DNA of 64,000 nt. It comes from an uncultured Bacilli bacterium (GTDB lineage Bacteria; Bacillota_I; Bacilli_A; RF39; UBA660). The notes below the pieces were generated by a model. That model was not told the DNA's origin. It saw nothing but the letters and a program-made list of their open reading frames with translations, and made no database searches. Below, piece by piece: positions 9,814-20,595 of this stretch (positions within the stretch are counted from its first letter, which is position 1; every line of letters begins with the position of its first letter). The stretch is from positions 13,566 to 77,565 of the forward strand of contig CAKOWU010000007.1 in NCBI GenBank assembly GCA_934129885.1, read 5' to 3'. A program made the position numbers and the translations under genes.

Positions 9814-11793
9814 CTATAATATTAAATTTATAATAAAACATAAAATAATCGCACACCCTAGAGGAATAAATATAGATAAAAACGTATACTTAAGGCTTTT
9901 AGTCTCCTTAAAAATAGTAACTATCGTTGTCATACATGGAAAATGTATAATCGTAAAAACAAGCATACAAATCGCCGTGGTAAAAGTCCAGCCATTATCT
10001 ATAAACAAAGATTTTAAATTACCAAGTGAACTAGGCTCTATTAATTGCCCAGCACCCATATACCCTACTATTATTAAAGGTATAACAATCTCGTTCGCTG
10101 GTAATCCTAAAATAAACGCTAAAACAATAACCCCGTCAAGCCCTATCAAAGCCGCTGCTGGGTCCAAAAAATTAGAAGTAACCAAAAGTAAAGAATCGCC
10201 ATCAATTTTTACATTAGCCATAAACCATATTATTAAACCAGCCGAAGCGGATATATAAACCGCTCTTTTTAAAATAAATAAAGCCCGGGTAATAACCGAA
10301 TGAATAATAACACTTCCTATTTTAGGCATTCTATATGGCGGAAGTTCTAATGTAAAAGAACTCTTCTCACCCTTTAATATAGTAAGTGATAATATCTTCG
10401 TTATCAAAAAGGTAAACAATATACTAAAAATAATCAAACCAGTAAGTACCAAAGAACTAACAAATGAATTTGCACTTGTTACAATAAATAAAGAAATTAT
10501 CGTTATCAAAATAGGAAATCTCCCATTACATGGAATAAAACTATTAGTAATAATTGATAATATCCTCTCTCTTTTAGAATCAATTATTCTAGCACCTGTA
10601 ACCGCCACCGCATTACAACCAAACCCCATAGACATCGTTAAAGCCTGCTTACCGCAAGAACCACACTTACTAAAAACATTATCCAAATTAAATGCCACTC
10701 TAGGTAAATACCCTAAATCCTCAAGTAACGTAAATAATGGAAAAAATATAAGCATAGGTGGAAGCATAACTGCCACTACCCAAGCCATCGTCCTGTATAC
10801 ACCATTTACTAAAACGTCCGTAACCAAATACGGCATATGTATAAAATTAAAAAAATCTATCAAATAATCATCTAAAGTAAAAAATAAGCCATATAACAAA
10901 TCAGACGGATAATTCGCACCCTTTATCGTCAAATAAAATATAAATATCAAAAGTAATATCATTAGTGGATAACCAAATACTCTACTAGTTAATATCCTAT
11001 CAATAAAAATATCTCGCTTATTATAATTTTCTTTATGAAACACCACTACCTTACCCGCAATATCCTTACTTATGTTTTGAATAGTAGTAGATATAGAAGT
11101 ATTTATCTCTTCTACACCGCTGTCACACAAATACCTTCTAATCTTATCTAGTTTACTAGCCAGTTTTTCATCATTACCATAGTTCCGAGCAAAATTCTTA
11201 TCACTTATTAACTTTAAAGCTTCTGCCCTACTAGATGTATAATCATCAAGCATTCTTATCGCACTTTCTATTGTATGATTATATCTAGGTTTATAAGTTA
11301 CCCTACTGTTTTCACATACATTATCCAAAGCCTCAGTTATTTTATCAAGTCCCTCTTTATTTTTTGCCACCACGGGTAAAACCGTAACATTAAGTAAATG
11401 CGATAACTCCTTATATTTTATCTCTATCCCTTTCTTTTTAGCCTCATCAACTAAATTAACACATATTACTGCCTTGTCAGTTACCTCTAAAATATTAAGT
11501 ACCAAATTTAAATTTCTCTCCAAAGAAACTGCATCACATACAATAAGCAAAGCATCATAATCATCAAAATATATAAAATCTCTAGTTACCTCTTCCTCCT
11601 TTGAATGAGCCATCAAAGAATAAGTACCAGGAAGATCTATAAACTCATAAACCGCATCACAACCAGTTTTATAACCAGAAGCCGTATCTACTGTCTTACC
11701 AGTCCAATTACCAGTGTGCTGATGAAGACCCGTTAAAGCATTAAAAATCGTACTCTTACCAACATTTGGATTACCAACTAATCCTATTCTCAT
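9814..11793 (-). CDS. feoB: ferrous iron transporter FeoB
   Basis: GNPNVGKSTIFNALTG G-domain followed by a polytopic membrane domain, 659 aa. Confidence 0.96.
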   Translation of the reverse strand: MRIGLVGNPNVGKSTIFNALTGLHQHTGNWTGKTVDTASGYKTGCDAVYEFIDLPGTYSLMAHSKEEEVTRDFIYFDDYDALLIVCDAVSLERNLNLVLNILEVTDKAVICVNLVDEAKKKGIEIKYKELSHLLNVTVLPVVAKNKEGLDKITEALDNVCENSRVTYKPRYNHTIESAIRMLDDYTSSRAEALKLISDKNFARNYGNDEKLASKLDKIRRYLCDSGVEEINTSISTTIQNISKDIAGKVVVFHKENYNKRDIFIDRILTSRVFGYPLMILLLIFIFYLTIKGANYPSDLLYGLFFTLDDYLIDFFNFIHMPYLVTDVLVNGVYRTMAWVVAVMLPPMLIFFPLFTLLEDLGYLPRVAFNLDNVFSKCGSCGKQALTMSMGFGCNAVAVTGARIIDSKRERILSIITNSFIPCNGRFPILITIISLFIVTSANSFVSSLVLTGLIIFSILFTFLITKILSLTILKGEKSSFTLELPPYRMPKIGSVIIHSVITRALFILKRAVYISASAGLIIWFMANVKIDGDSLLLVTSNFLDPAAALIGLDGVIVLAFILGLPANEIVIPLIIVGYMGAGQLIEPSSLGNLKSLFIDNGWTFTTAICMLVFTIIHFPCMTTIVTIFKETKSLKYTFLSIFIPLGCAIILCFIINLIL

Positions 11794-12023
11794 ATAATAT
11801 GCACCCTTATCTTGGAGGTATCATCTTTCCGTAAAGCCACAGTAGTTCCCTTTATCTGATACGCTACCATGTTCTCCCCAGCATTAAGCATAATAGGAAC
11901 AATCATAGTCCCAGGTACAAAACCAATATCCATAAGTCTACCCTTTATATTTGGACTTGCTGAAAGTTCATCTATAATCGCTTGCATTCCAACATCTAAA
12001 TCATTTAAATACACATAAATCAC
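11790..12023 (-). CDS. feoA: FeoA family iron transport protein
   Basis: 77-aa SH3-like FeoA pattern (GRLMDIGFVPG). Overlaps the feoB start by 4 nt. Confidence 0.88.
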   Translation of the reverse strand: MIYVYLNDLDVGMQAIIDELSASPNIKGRLMDIGFVPGTMIVPIMLNAGENMVAYQIKGTTVALRKDDTSKIRVHII

Positions 12024-12546
12024 CCACTTACCTAGTTCTATTATATGCTAGGTATCTAAAATGGGTACAAAATAAAAATTACACACTTTTCTTAGCATTT
12101 CCCCTTTTAGCAAAACAAAAAAACCTACCAAACGGCAAGTCTCTTACTAGGAATTATTCTTTTCAGGTTCTTTATCTCTTATTATTCTAACTACACTACT
12201 AGATTCTACCGTTGTTTTAGCAAGTTCTGAATTATTAAATCTAGTAATTAATTCATCTGAAAAAATATTTTTTTAGGGCACTTTCTTTAGCACTCGCATA
12301 AAGTCCAATATATTATTGCCTTAACTACTCTCTTACATATAAAAATTTTCCATCGATACTTTTTTAAAATGCATTATTATTTATTTAATTTAACTATCTT
12401 TATATATTAATAATTTTCATAATAAAATAAAAAAATAGGGCTCCATCAAAAATGACAGTACCCTTGTTTCTACTTTTTCCTCGCATAATCATAATTATGT
12501 CAAAATATTTTCTACAAAATAAGTAACAATATATTAAAAATTAGAA

Positions 12547-12993
12547 TTAATCTTCTAATTTCATATTTTCATCTTCTTCATCTATAATAGAAAAATCCTC
12601 ATCCATATCGTCATCAATATTAGAAGTATCATCGTCATCCATCTCTGGATCAATAATCTCCTCAAAATCTTCCTCTTCCTCCTCAAACGATTCTGGATTA
12701 TCTTCCTCATAGATATCCTCATCATCTTCCAAAATCACAGGAGCGGGATGATGATCTCTTAAATCCCATTTACCATCTTCTAATAAAACAAAATCTTTAT
12801 CAGTAGTTAAAGACGTATAAAAATCTCCTATCTTATCAGCATACTCATCATCACTCATATCAAGTAATGAACATATCTTTTTAAAAATTGCTGGAGTATT
12901 TAACGGTTCCTTTTCCTCCTCAAGAATATATTTAGTAAGTTCCTCGTATGAGAATTGTTCAAGTTCTTCTTTTGATAATTCATTAAGTTTCAT
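12547..12993 (-). CDS. rpoE: DNA-directed RNA polymerase delta subunit
   Basis: N-terminal HARE-HTH-like region (SYEELTKYILEE...TPAIFKKI) and a long Asp/Glu tail. Start at ATG 12993, with GGGAGGAA upstream. Confidence 0.85.
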   Translation of the reverse strand: MKLNELSKEELEQFSYEELTKYILEEEKEPLNTPAIFKKICSLLDMSDDEYADKIGDFYTSLTTDKDFVLLEDGKWDLRDHHPAPVILEDDEDIYEEDNPESFEEEEEDFEEIIDPEMDDDDTSNIDDDMDEDFSIIDEEDENMKLED

Positions 12994-13033
12994 ATAATTC
13001 CTCCCTAACATCAATCCTAAACATTGTACCATA

Positions 13034-13411
13034 TTATTTTAGGCTGTCAATACCAAATTTAAAAAATAAATCAAAATCCCCTATAAACATTTCTCCAATA
13101 TATTCTTTATACCTTATATTTATCATATCATTCTCCTTTTTTACTAAATACGTATCAGTATAAATATCCATACAGCCTTCGGGACTATTATATGTAGTAT
13201 GCATATTTTTATTAATACAAAAGCCCAATTTTATATAATAGTCAGATTTTCTCTCTAAATAAACCACATCTCCCAAAGTGATAATCGTTTTAACGCCCTC
13301 ATCATTAAAAATAATTTTGTTATCCTTTTTAATTCCTTTACCAGCATACTCATAAATTTCATCACTAGTTTTTAAAATCATCTTTACATTTATTTTACTC
13401 AAAAAAATCAC
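13034..13411 (-). CDS. hypothetical beta-rich protein (possibly DUF1934/YwiB-like)
   Basis: 125 aa, located immediately upstream of rpoE as ywiB-like genes are in Bacilli. Family assignment is tentative. Confidence 0.45.
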   Translation of the reverse strand: MIFLSKINVKMILKTSDEIYEYAGKGIKKDNKIIFNDEGVKTIITLGDVVYLERKSDYYIKLGFCINKNMHTTYNSPEGCMDIYTDTYLVKKENDMINIRYKEYIGEMFIGDFDLFFKFGIDSLK

Positions 13412-13466
13412 CTGCCAAAATTATACAACAATTTTACTTATAATTTCCACAAAAACACAAATAATA

Positions 13467-15443
13467 ATGTTAGAAATGGGTGATCGAATGAAAAAATACA
13501 AAAAAACAAAAATACTAATTATCTTCATTCTTTTACCCATATTAGTAATATTAAGTATTTATCTATATGCTTACATATCCCCAAAACTTTCAATAGATGG
13601 TGCGAATGGCTACTACTTATACGATAATACCCAAAAACTATATAATGGTAGTAATGAAGACTGGGCAAACCTAAACCAAATATCAAATAACTTAATAAAT
13701 GCTACCATTTCTATCGAAGATAAAAACTTTTACAAACATAAAGGCTTTGACCCCTTAAGAATAATAAAAGCCTTATTTATAAATATAAAATCAAACGCCA
13801 CCATCCAAGGTGCCTCCACAATATCCCAGCAATATTCAAAAAACCTATTTCTAGACTTCGATAAAACCTGGTCTAGAAAACTAAAAGAAGCCTGGATAAC
13901 AGTACGTCTAGAAACCCACTATACCAAAGACGAAATATTAGAAGGATATCTAAACACCATCAACTACGGTGGTATATTTGGTATCGAAAACGCCTCAAAC
14001 TATTACTTTGGTAAAAACTCGCATGACCTTACCCTCGCAGAAGCATCCATGTTAGCGGGTATCCCCAAAAACCCTAGTACCTACTCTCCACTTATAAATG
14101 AAGAAAAAGCCAAAAAAAGGCAAAAAAGCATTTTAAACTCCATGGTTATAAATGGCTATATTACAGAAGAAGACGCAAATGCAGCCTATAAAGAAAAATT
14201 AACCTATAAAAGTAAAGATGACTCTGCCAATCTAAAAATGATGATGTACTATCAGGACGCCGTTATGGATGAACTAGAATCATTAGAAGGACTTCCCGCT
14301 TCCTTTCTAGATACCGGAGGTCTTAAAATATATACAAATTTAGATACTAACGCTCAAAAGTTATTAGAAAAATCTGGGAACAAAAATATCACATCAGATG
14401 GTATTCAAATGGCTGCTGTTGCTATCGAGCCTACAACCGGTAAAGTAATAGCATTAACAGGCGGAATGGATTACAATAAAAGTGAATACAATCGTGCCAC
14501 CAAAAGCACCAGACAAGTAGGATCTACCATAAAACCTTTTCTATACTATTCAGCCCTAGAAAATGGTTTCACTCCTTCCACAACATTTACCAGTGAAAAA
14601 ACAACCTTTACATTTGATAACAATAAAACCTATACTCCTAAAAACTACAACAATGAATATCCAAACAAACAAATAAGTATGGCCGCTGCCATCGCCTATT
14701 CAGATAACATATATGCCGTAAAAACCCATCTATTTCTAGGAGAAAATAATCTCACAAACACTTTAAAAAGAGTTGGTATAACTAAAGAAGTAAAAAACCT
14801 ACCCTCACTAGCACTCGGTGCCGAAGAAATAAATCTAATGGAAATGATGGAAGGCTATACTACACTAGCAAGTGGTGGCAACAAAATTAAGCCATATTTT
14901 ATCTCCAAAGTAACCGATATGAAAGGCAATATTTTATACGAAAATACTGGGAAGCCAGAAAGCGCCCTAAACAAAAGTACCACATATATACTAAATGAAT
15001 TACTTACAACAACATACTCTAAAGAGTTTATTGACTATAACACACCAACATGCTACTCAATATCTCCTAAAATGAGTCATAAATACGCAATAAAAAGTGG
15101 TACCACTAATACAGATAACCTAATATTTGGATACAACAAAAATATATTAGTAGGAATGTGGACTGGATATGATACCAACAAAGAAGTGACAAACAAGGAC
15201 AGCGCCAACATAAAAAATGCTTGGATAGACTTTACCGAAAGTTACCTAGAAGACAAAGACAAAGAAAACGAATGGTATACCGTGCCAGAAAACGTCGTCG
15301 GTGTTGCTATTGACCCAATAAGTGGAAACATCGCAAATGCCACATCAAAAACTAAAATACTATACTATATTAAAGGAACAGAACCTAAAAAAGATAATTA
15401 TAGTCTAGAAGATACCATTCCAACAATAAAAGAGCAGAATTAG
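13467..15443 (+). CDS. class A penicillin-binding protein (glycosyltransferase + transpeptidase)
   Basis: GT51 motifs (EDKNFYKHKGFD, GASTISQQ, RKLKEAW) and transpeptidase STIKPF and KSGTT. ATG 13488 (MKKYKK) is an alternative start. Confidence 0.93.
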   Translation: MLEMGDRMKKYKKTKILIIFILLPILVILSIYLYAYISPKLSIDGANGYYLYDNTQKLYNGSNEDWANLNQISNNLINATISIEDKNFYKHKGFDPLRIIKALFINIKSNATIQGASTISQQYSKNLFLDFDKTWSRKLKEAWITVRLETHYTKDEILEGYLNTINYGGIFGIENASNYYFGKNSHDLTLAEASMLAGIPKNPSTYSPLINEEKAKKRQKSILNSMVINGYITEEDANAAYKEKLTYKSKDDSANLKMMMYYQDAVMDELESLEGLPASFLDTGGLKIYTNLDTNAQKLLEKSGNKNITSDGIQMAAVAIEPTTGKVIALTGGMDYNKSEYNRATKSTRQVGSTIKPFLYYSALENGFTPSTTFTSEKTTFTFDNNKTYTPKNYNNEYPNKQISMAAAIAYSDNIYAVKTHLFLGENNLTNTLKRVGITKEVKNLPSLALGAEEINLMEMMEGYTTLASGGNKIKPYFISKVTDMKGNILYENTGKPESALNKSTTYILNELLTTTYSKEFIDYNTPTCYSISPKMSHKYAIKSGTTNTDNLIFGYNKNILVGMWTGYDTNKEVTNKDSANIKNAWIDFTESYLEDKDKENEWYTVPENVVGVAIDPISGNIANATSKTKILYYIKGTEPKKDNYSLEDTIPTIKEQN

Positions 15444-16726
15444 TTAATATCTATCTGCTTCTTTTTTACTTTAGGAAATCCTTCCTCTAAAATAATACCA
15501 TTTGCAAAAAGTTTCAAATAACTTTCTCTATTCTCTTCATTAAAACTAGTAATACCGTATTTAGCAAGACTATCCATAAATACATTTTCTTTATCCACAC
15601 CAATACCAGTTTCAATCAAACTATTAAACATAGGGTCAACAATAAAATTTTTTGCTCCTTTTTTATCGTGGTAACAAACAGTAATATAATTATGATTTAA
15701 AACATCTTTACCTTGTTCACTAGTATTATGTAAAGCACAATCAATCCCCTCACTTACTAAACGAGAAAATATATGCAGGCTTATATCGTCATTCCATAAA
15801 TCATGACTAATACATTCTTTTTCTATTCTATTCTTCCATCCACTAGTTTGTTTTAATATTTGTTCTGGAATAGGAATATCACCATAAAGTTTTGGTTTGA
15901 TTCCTAGCTCAAAAATTGAATCACATATTTTATAATAATAAAACTGTATAATCGCCTCACAGTTATCACTATCATCTCCTATAGCCTTATTCATAGCCTT
16001 TTTATAAGCCATATCTTCATTTGTCGATATATAAATAGAAGGAAGTCCAACATTTAAAAATAGTTTATTAATAAAACCTCTAATACTCCTACCATTACCA
16101 TCCACAAACGGGTGTATCTTAATAAGTTTACATTTAAATCTTATACATGCATCAATATAATCAAATAGCTTCTCTGGCATTTCTGGTATCTGTTTAGCCA
16201 AAACCATAATATCCTCTAAATCATAATTAGCGTCCCTTAAAGCCGGCCAAATACTTAAATAATCCAAAAAATTAACCCTAGAGCCATTAATATGACAATC
16301 AGAATTTCTTGTATGACCACCAAACGTATAATCAGCATCATAATTATTATTTTGCACAATTTCTGCATCTATTACTGAATAAAGCTTTTGATGCAAATCA
16401 AGTAATGTATAAATATCAAAGTTATCATCTATTTCTGGTGAATGAATATATTCATACATTGCGGCCATGCCCTCTTTTTCCTGGTGACTATGACTACCTT
16501 CTAAAATAGCTTCGCATTCAATATAATGATTAACAAAATTATCAGTTAAATCATCCAAATTACGCTCACTCGCATCTAAAGAATAATAATAACGAATAAG
16601 ATTCTTCGGAATATCTAAATTTTCTTTTTGATATAGTATTCCCTCATCTTTCTGCTTTTCATATCCTGAAAATAACATAATAATAATATTTTCAAGTTCC
16701 CTACCACTTATTTTACCAATATTCAT
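15440..16726 (-). CDS. Fic-domain protein with canonical active-site motif
   Basis: IHPFVDGNGRSIRGF equals HPFxDGNGRxxR, embedded in a 428-aa protein with long flanking regions. Confidence 0.85.
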   Translation of the reverse strand: MNIGKISGRELENIIIMLFSGYEKQKDEGILYQKENLDIPKNLIRYYYSLDASERNLDDLTDNFVNHYIECEAILEGSHSHQEKEGMAAMYEYIHSPEIDDNFDIYTLLDLHQKLYSVIDAEIVQNNNYDADYTFGGHTRNSDCHINGSRVNFLDYLSIWPALRDANYDLEDIMVLAKQIPEMPEKLFDYIDACIRFKCKLIKIHPFVDGNGRSIRGFINKLFLNVGLPSIYISTNEDMAYKKAMNKAIGDDSDNCEAIIQFYYYKICDSIFELGIKPKLYGDIPIPEQILKQTSGWKNRIEKECISHDLWNDDISLHIFSRLVSEGIDCALHNTSEQGKDVLNHNYITVCYHDKKGAKNFIVDPMFNSLIETGIGVDKENVFMDSLAKYGITSFNEENRESYLKLFANGIILEEGFPKVKKKQIDIN

Positions 16727-16789
16727 ATAATCACCACCTCTTTGTGCAGTTATTATAGCAAATTTTAAAAATTAGTCAATTTTTTCCAT

Positions 16790-17030
16790 ATATATTATTA
16801 GTTTTATAGCTATCACGAAACCCTTTTATTTTAAATTTAGAAAAACCACTTTGTTTAAAAGATGACTATAAACACATTTTAAGTCGTTAGAATCATTTCT
16901 AAGAGAGAGGCTATCAACTTCTCTTAAAAATTTATTATAAATAAATCAGTTTTATTTATCAAAATTCTTTGCTCTATATTTGGATAAAGTCTAAAAATAT
17001 ATCCTCTAAGTATTTTTACATAATCACCTC
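16790..17030 (-). pseudogene. decayed IS200/IS605-family tnpB (OrfB) 5' fragment
   Basis: GAGGTGA then ATG-TAA, then frameshifted pieces (V)KILRGYIFRLYPNIEQRILINKT, REVDSLSLRNDSNDLKCVYSHLLNK and SGFSKFKIKGFRDSYKTNN. These match the conserved TnpB N-terminal pattern (YKFRLYPN.EQ, PKFKSKK..SY.T). Several stops, and truncated after about 110 codons. Confidence 0.55.
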
Positions 17031-17127
17031 GATTCACTATATATAGCATAACGTTTAAAATAAATGTTTGTAACGTTTGCTTTAAAATTTTTATGACTTT
17101 CCTATTACATAAAAAAGAAACTAAAAC

Positions 17128-17778
17128 CTAGTTCCTTTCTCTACCAAATATCTTTAATAATTCAATAAATAAATTAATAAAATCAAGATATAAATTAAAC
17201 GCTCCTAAAATAGCATAATTCTCATTACCATAACCAGAAGTATTCATTCTTCCAATTCGCTGCATATCATATGCAATATAACCAATAAATATTATTACAC
17301 CAATAATAGCCGTTACCATATTAAGTGTACTATTAAGCATAAAAATATTTACTACTTCAAGAACTATAATAACAAGTAATCCTATCAATAAATACGTTCC
17401 AAGCTTGTTTAAATCTACCTTAGTTTTTGAACCAATAAGTGCAAAAATACCAAATATAACAGCAGTCGCAAGTAATATATACATAACAGACGTCATTTCA
17501 AACATATAAAATATACTAGCAAACGTTAACCCTGTTAAGGCCGTATAACCGACATATAGTATTTTAGCAGTCGCTGGTTGCATCTTTTCTATTCTAATAG
17601 ACAACACAAGACACAAAACTATCTGAACTATAAATATTATCCAATAAGCTCCACCAGAAAATATCCTATTTAAAAGTTCCTCATTAGTAAGTGTATAATA
17701 ACCAGTAGCAAAAGTAATAAGTAATCCAATAAAAAGCCACATAAACACTTTTGAATAAAAATTATTCATTCTCTCCAT
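17128..17778 (-). CDS. BAX inhibitor-1/YccA family membrane protein
   Basis: Seven hydrophobic segments and a C-terminal LYLDFINLFIELLKIFG motif. Confidence 0.88.
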   Translation of the reverse strand: MERMNNFYSKVFMWLFIGLLITFATGYYTLTNEELLNRIFSGGAYWIIFIVQIVLCLVLSIRIEKMQPATAKILYVGYTALTGLTFASIFYMFEMTSVMYILLATAVIFGIFALIGSKTKVDLNKLGTYLLIGLLVIIVLEVVNIFMLNSTLNMVTAIIGVIIFIGYIAYDMQRIGRMNTSGYGNENYAILGAFNLYLDFINLFIELLKIFGRERN

Positions 17779-17868
17779 TCCTCTTTCTATTATTTATATT
17801 ATAGCACACATATCATTTAATCATCTAACATATATCATTAATTTACATCACTTATGTATAATTATATT

Positions 17869-18801
17869 TTATTTTTTTAACTTTTTTGAATAAATATGAA
17901 GAAAATCTAACTTAGTTTCATCATCCTCATATATTAAATCAGATAAATCAATAGCTTTATCCAAATTTAAAGGAGCATGAGTGACATTACCTTTTTGTTT
18001 AGATATCATTCTATCTATATACTCCTCATCAAAATTAGGACTCATAGAATAATCTAATAATGATTGATAGAATTTTACAAGTTGTTGCCAATGTAAAGGC
18101 TTTAATGTTCCATTCGCACATCTAAATTCTATGGTATTTTTACCAGTTGGTTTAATTACCTCATCTCTCAAATTAGCTATATTCAAAGCCGAACTTCTAG
18201 CTAAATAAAGATAATCTAATACCGTTTTATACCTTTTACCTCTCGCACATTCTAGCAATTCCAATACAAAATCAAGGCCCATACTCACTGGAACTGAATA
18301 CCTTTCAATAGATTCTCGTGGTCCTTTACCAAAATAACCAAAATTAAATATTACATCTTCATAAGCAATCCAAAGTTTATAAAGGTTTAATAAATAATAT
18401 GGATCACTTGCAAACTCTGTTCCATCTATATGAACATGAGCCCCGCACTTATTAGTAATAAAATAATTCATCATCTTTATTTCCTTACATACATTTTTTA
18501 ATTCTTTCCACGTTTCTTTTGTATCTGATAAAATAGGTGAAACAAACTCATAGCCAATTATTTCTTCACTATAATCATTTATAGAACGGTCATTAACAAA
18601 CTGCCACGAAGTCTTATATAACTTCTTATTAGGAAATATCCTATCAGTACCATCAACTACATTTTCATCAAATTCCAAAAAATTTTCAGTATGTTCCATA
18701 CTTCCAACTTCTATTTCAACACCAAAAGATCTTTTAACACACATTATTTTTTTATATTTAGGTTTATGCTTTTGGATTTCATCTAATCTATACTTTTTCA
18801 T
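17869..18801 (-). CDS. amidoligase-like (Amidoligase_2 / glutamine-synthetase-fold) enzyme
   Basis: FGVEIEVGS, GYEFVSPIL, CGAHVHID and NTIEFRCANGTL occur in the order typical of the putative amidoligase family. Starts 55 nt downstream of the RT stop. Confidence 0.7.
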   Translation of the reverse strand: MKKYRLDEIQKHKPKYKKIMCVKRSFGVEIEVGSMEHTENFLEFDENVVDGTDRIFPNKKLYKTSWQFVNDRSINDYSEEIIGYEFVSPILSDTKETWKELKNVCKEIKMMNYFITNKCGAHVHIDGTEFASDPYYLLNLYKLWIAYEDVIFNFGYFGKGPRESIERYSVPVSMGLDFVLELLECARGKRYKTVLDYLYLARSSALNIANLRDEVIKPTGKNTIEFRCANGTLKPLHWQQLVKFYQSLLDYSMSPNFDEEYIDRMISKQKGNVTHAPLNLDKAIDLSDLIYEDDETKLDFLHIYSKKLKK

Positions 18802-18856
18802 AAGAATTCCCCTTTTTTATAACGTATATTATAGTCATTAATAAATTTATGTCAAA

Positions 18857-19960
18857 TCATAACTTAAGTCTATATAAAAACTCTCTAGCATTTGCCATCA
18901 TAAAATATCCCTTATAGCTAGCCTTTACAAGTTCGTATTTTTTACCACCTTTCCTCTTTAACCTGCGTAACTTTCTTTTTATCCTTTTTTTATTTTGATT
19001 ACGAAGTAAAACAATTAACCTTTTCTCCTTTAATACAAATTTATACCCAAGAAAATCAAAACCTTTATTCAAATCATAAATTTGAGTTTTAATATTTAAT
19101 TCTAACTTAAGTTTATGTACCTCATCCCCTATTATTTTCAAAACTTCTTTTAAATACTCTTTATCATGGTGAACAATTAAAAAATCATCCATATAACGTA
19201 CATAATTTTTTATCCTTAACTTTTCCTTAATGAAATGATCAAAATCACTTAAATAATAAATTGCCAATATCTGACTAGTTTCATTCCCAATAGGTAACCC
19301 CTTACCATTTTTATATCTAGGTAAATAACTCAGTTCCTTTTTTTTCTTATCTAAATCAGTAAGACCCATTTGCGTAATACGAGCAATTTCTCTCTTAACC
19401 GCACTATCAATAAATTTATTAACCTCAACCTTCTCTGTACTTTCTATAATATTTTTTACCACGTTGTATATATCAGGATCAGTAATATCTTTTCTTAACT
19501 TATTAAGCAATATTTCATGATCAATATTATAAAAATATTTACTTATATCACACTTTAAAACATATAACTTATCAAAATTTTCTTTTTCTCTATTTATAAA
19601 CTTTTTTAAATACTCTATTCCTTTTTTAGTACCCATACCTTTCCTTGTCGCAACATTAGTATTTATAAATTTTTTTTCTAAACTAGGCAGTAAAGCATAA
19701 TGACTAATCAAATGATTAACAATTTTATCACCCAAAGTCTCACTCATAATAATACGATATTTTGGTTCCTTTATTAAAAATACATTATAATGATGGTGAT
19801 TATACTCTTTTCTTCTTAAAATATCTAATATATATACAATATTACTGGTAAAAGCTAGTTCAAATCGAACTAGCTTCTCTTTGTGACATGTATTCGTGCG
19901 AATATTCTCATACACATTTTTTATCTTATCAATAGATAGTAAATCTTCGTACTTAACCAT
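18857..19960 (-). CDS. reverse transcriptase, DGR type
   Basis: RT motifs LKCDISKYFYNIDH and YVRYMDDFLIV (YMDD), plus the DGR-specific motif-4 signature LPIGNETSQ ([I/L]GxxxSQ). Its ATG overlaps the stop of the upstream ORF (TAATG). Confidence 0.9.
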   Translation of the reverse strand: MVKYEDLLSIDKIKNVYENIRTNTCHKEKLVRFELAFTSNIVYILDILRRKEYNHHHYNVFLIKEPKYRIIMSETLGDKIVNHLISHYALLPSLEKKFINTNVATRKGMGTKKGIEYLKKFINREKENFDKLYVLKCDISKYFYNIDHEILLNKLRKDITDPDIYNVVKNIIESTEKVEVNKFIDSAVKREIARITQMGLTDLDKKKKELSYLPRYKNGKGLPIGNETSQILAIYYLSDFDHFIKEKLRIKNYVRYMDDFLIVHHDKEYLKEVLKIIGDEVHKLKLELNIKTQIYDLNKGFDFLGYKFVLKEKRLIVLLRNQNKKRIKRKLRRLKRKGGKKYELVKASYKGYFMMANAREFLYRLKL

Positions 19961-20595
19961 TACTTAACACCACTTAAATAATAACTTTTATTTGACTTAT
20001 CATATACAAAAGTTTTACTTGTACCCTTATCTAAAACATCATTTAAAGTGTCCTCATTATAGTCTCCTATCTCTTCAGATGCTAAATTATAAACCTTATC
20101 GTCCCGAGCATATCCAAACTTAACATCTACAAGTAACTGGTCAATGCTGTAACTATACCCAAATAATTTTGAAACATATTTTGTATCACAATTATCTGTT
20201 TTCTCCCTTGTAATCTTATCACCAGATAAAGTATATTTATAACCACCATAAACAAACTCATTAAAAGTTACATCTTTATTACCAGCTACTGCCTTAATAG
20301 CCTTATTATAACTTTCTACATTAATACTATCACTTAATAACTTATCATTTTTCATCATTGAAAACGCCATATAAATAATCGCATCATTTTCATTATTGGC
20401 ATTTCCTAAAGTAGTGCACTCATCAGCCATAATATTTTCATAAAGAGTATCAACGACATCATGCTTTACAGTTTCCTTCTGTGCAAGTTCATCACTATCA
20501 TCCTTCTTTACTAATACAAAGGTCAAAAATATAATAATAATTACTATAACAAATACTATAGCGATAATAACTTTCTTATTTTTTAACTTCTCCAT
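19960..20595 (-). CDS. hypothetical membrane-anchored protein between avd and RT
   Basis: 211 aa with an N-terminal TM helix (VIIAIVFVIVIIIIFLTFVLV). Overlaps the avd end by 20 nt and the RT start by 1 nt. No family recognised. Confidence 0.65.
   Translation of the reverse strand: MEKLKNKKVIIAIVFVIVIIIIFLTFVLVKKDDSDELAQKETVKHDVVDTLYENIMADECTTLGNANNENDAIIYMAFSMMKNDKLLSDSINVESYNKAIKAVAGNKDVTFNEFVYGGYKYTLSGDKITREKTDNCDTKYVSKLFGYSYSIDQLLVDVKFGYARDDKVYNLASEEIGDYNEDTLNDVLDKGTSKTFVYDKSNKSYYLSGVK

Noticed and set aside
12130-12330. Possible gene remnant in the feoA-rpoE intergenic region (minus-strand ...FSDELITRFNNSELAKTTVESSSVVRIIRDKEPEKNNS*)
   Set aside because: It is a short open stretch without a start or a recognisable family, so I cannot support a call.
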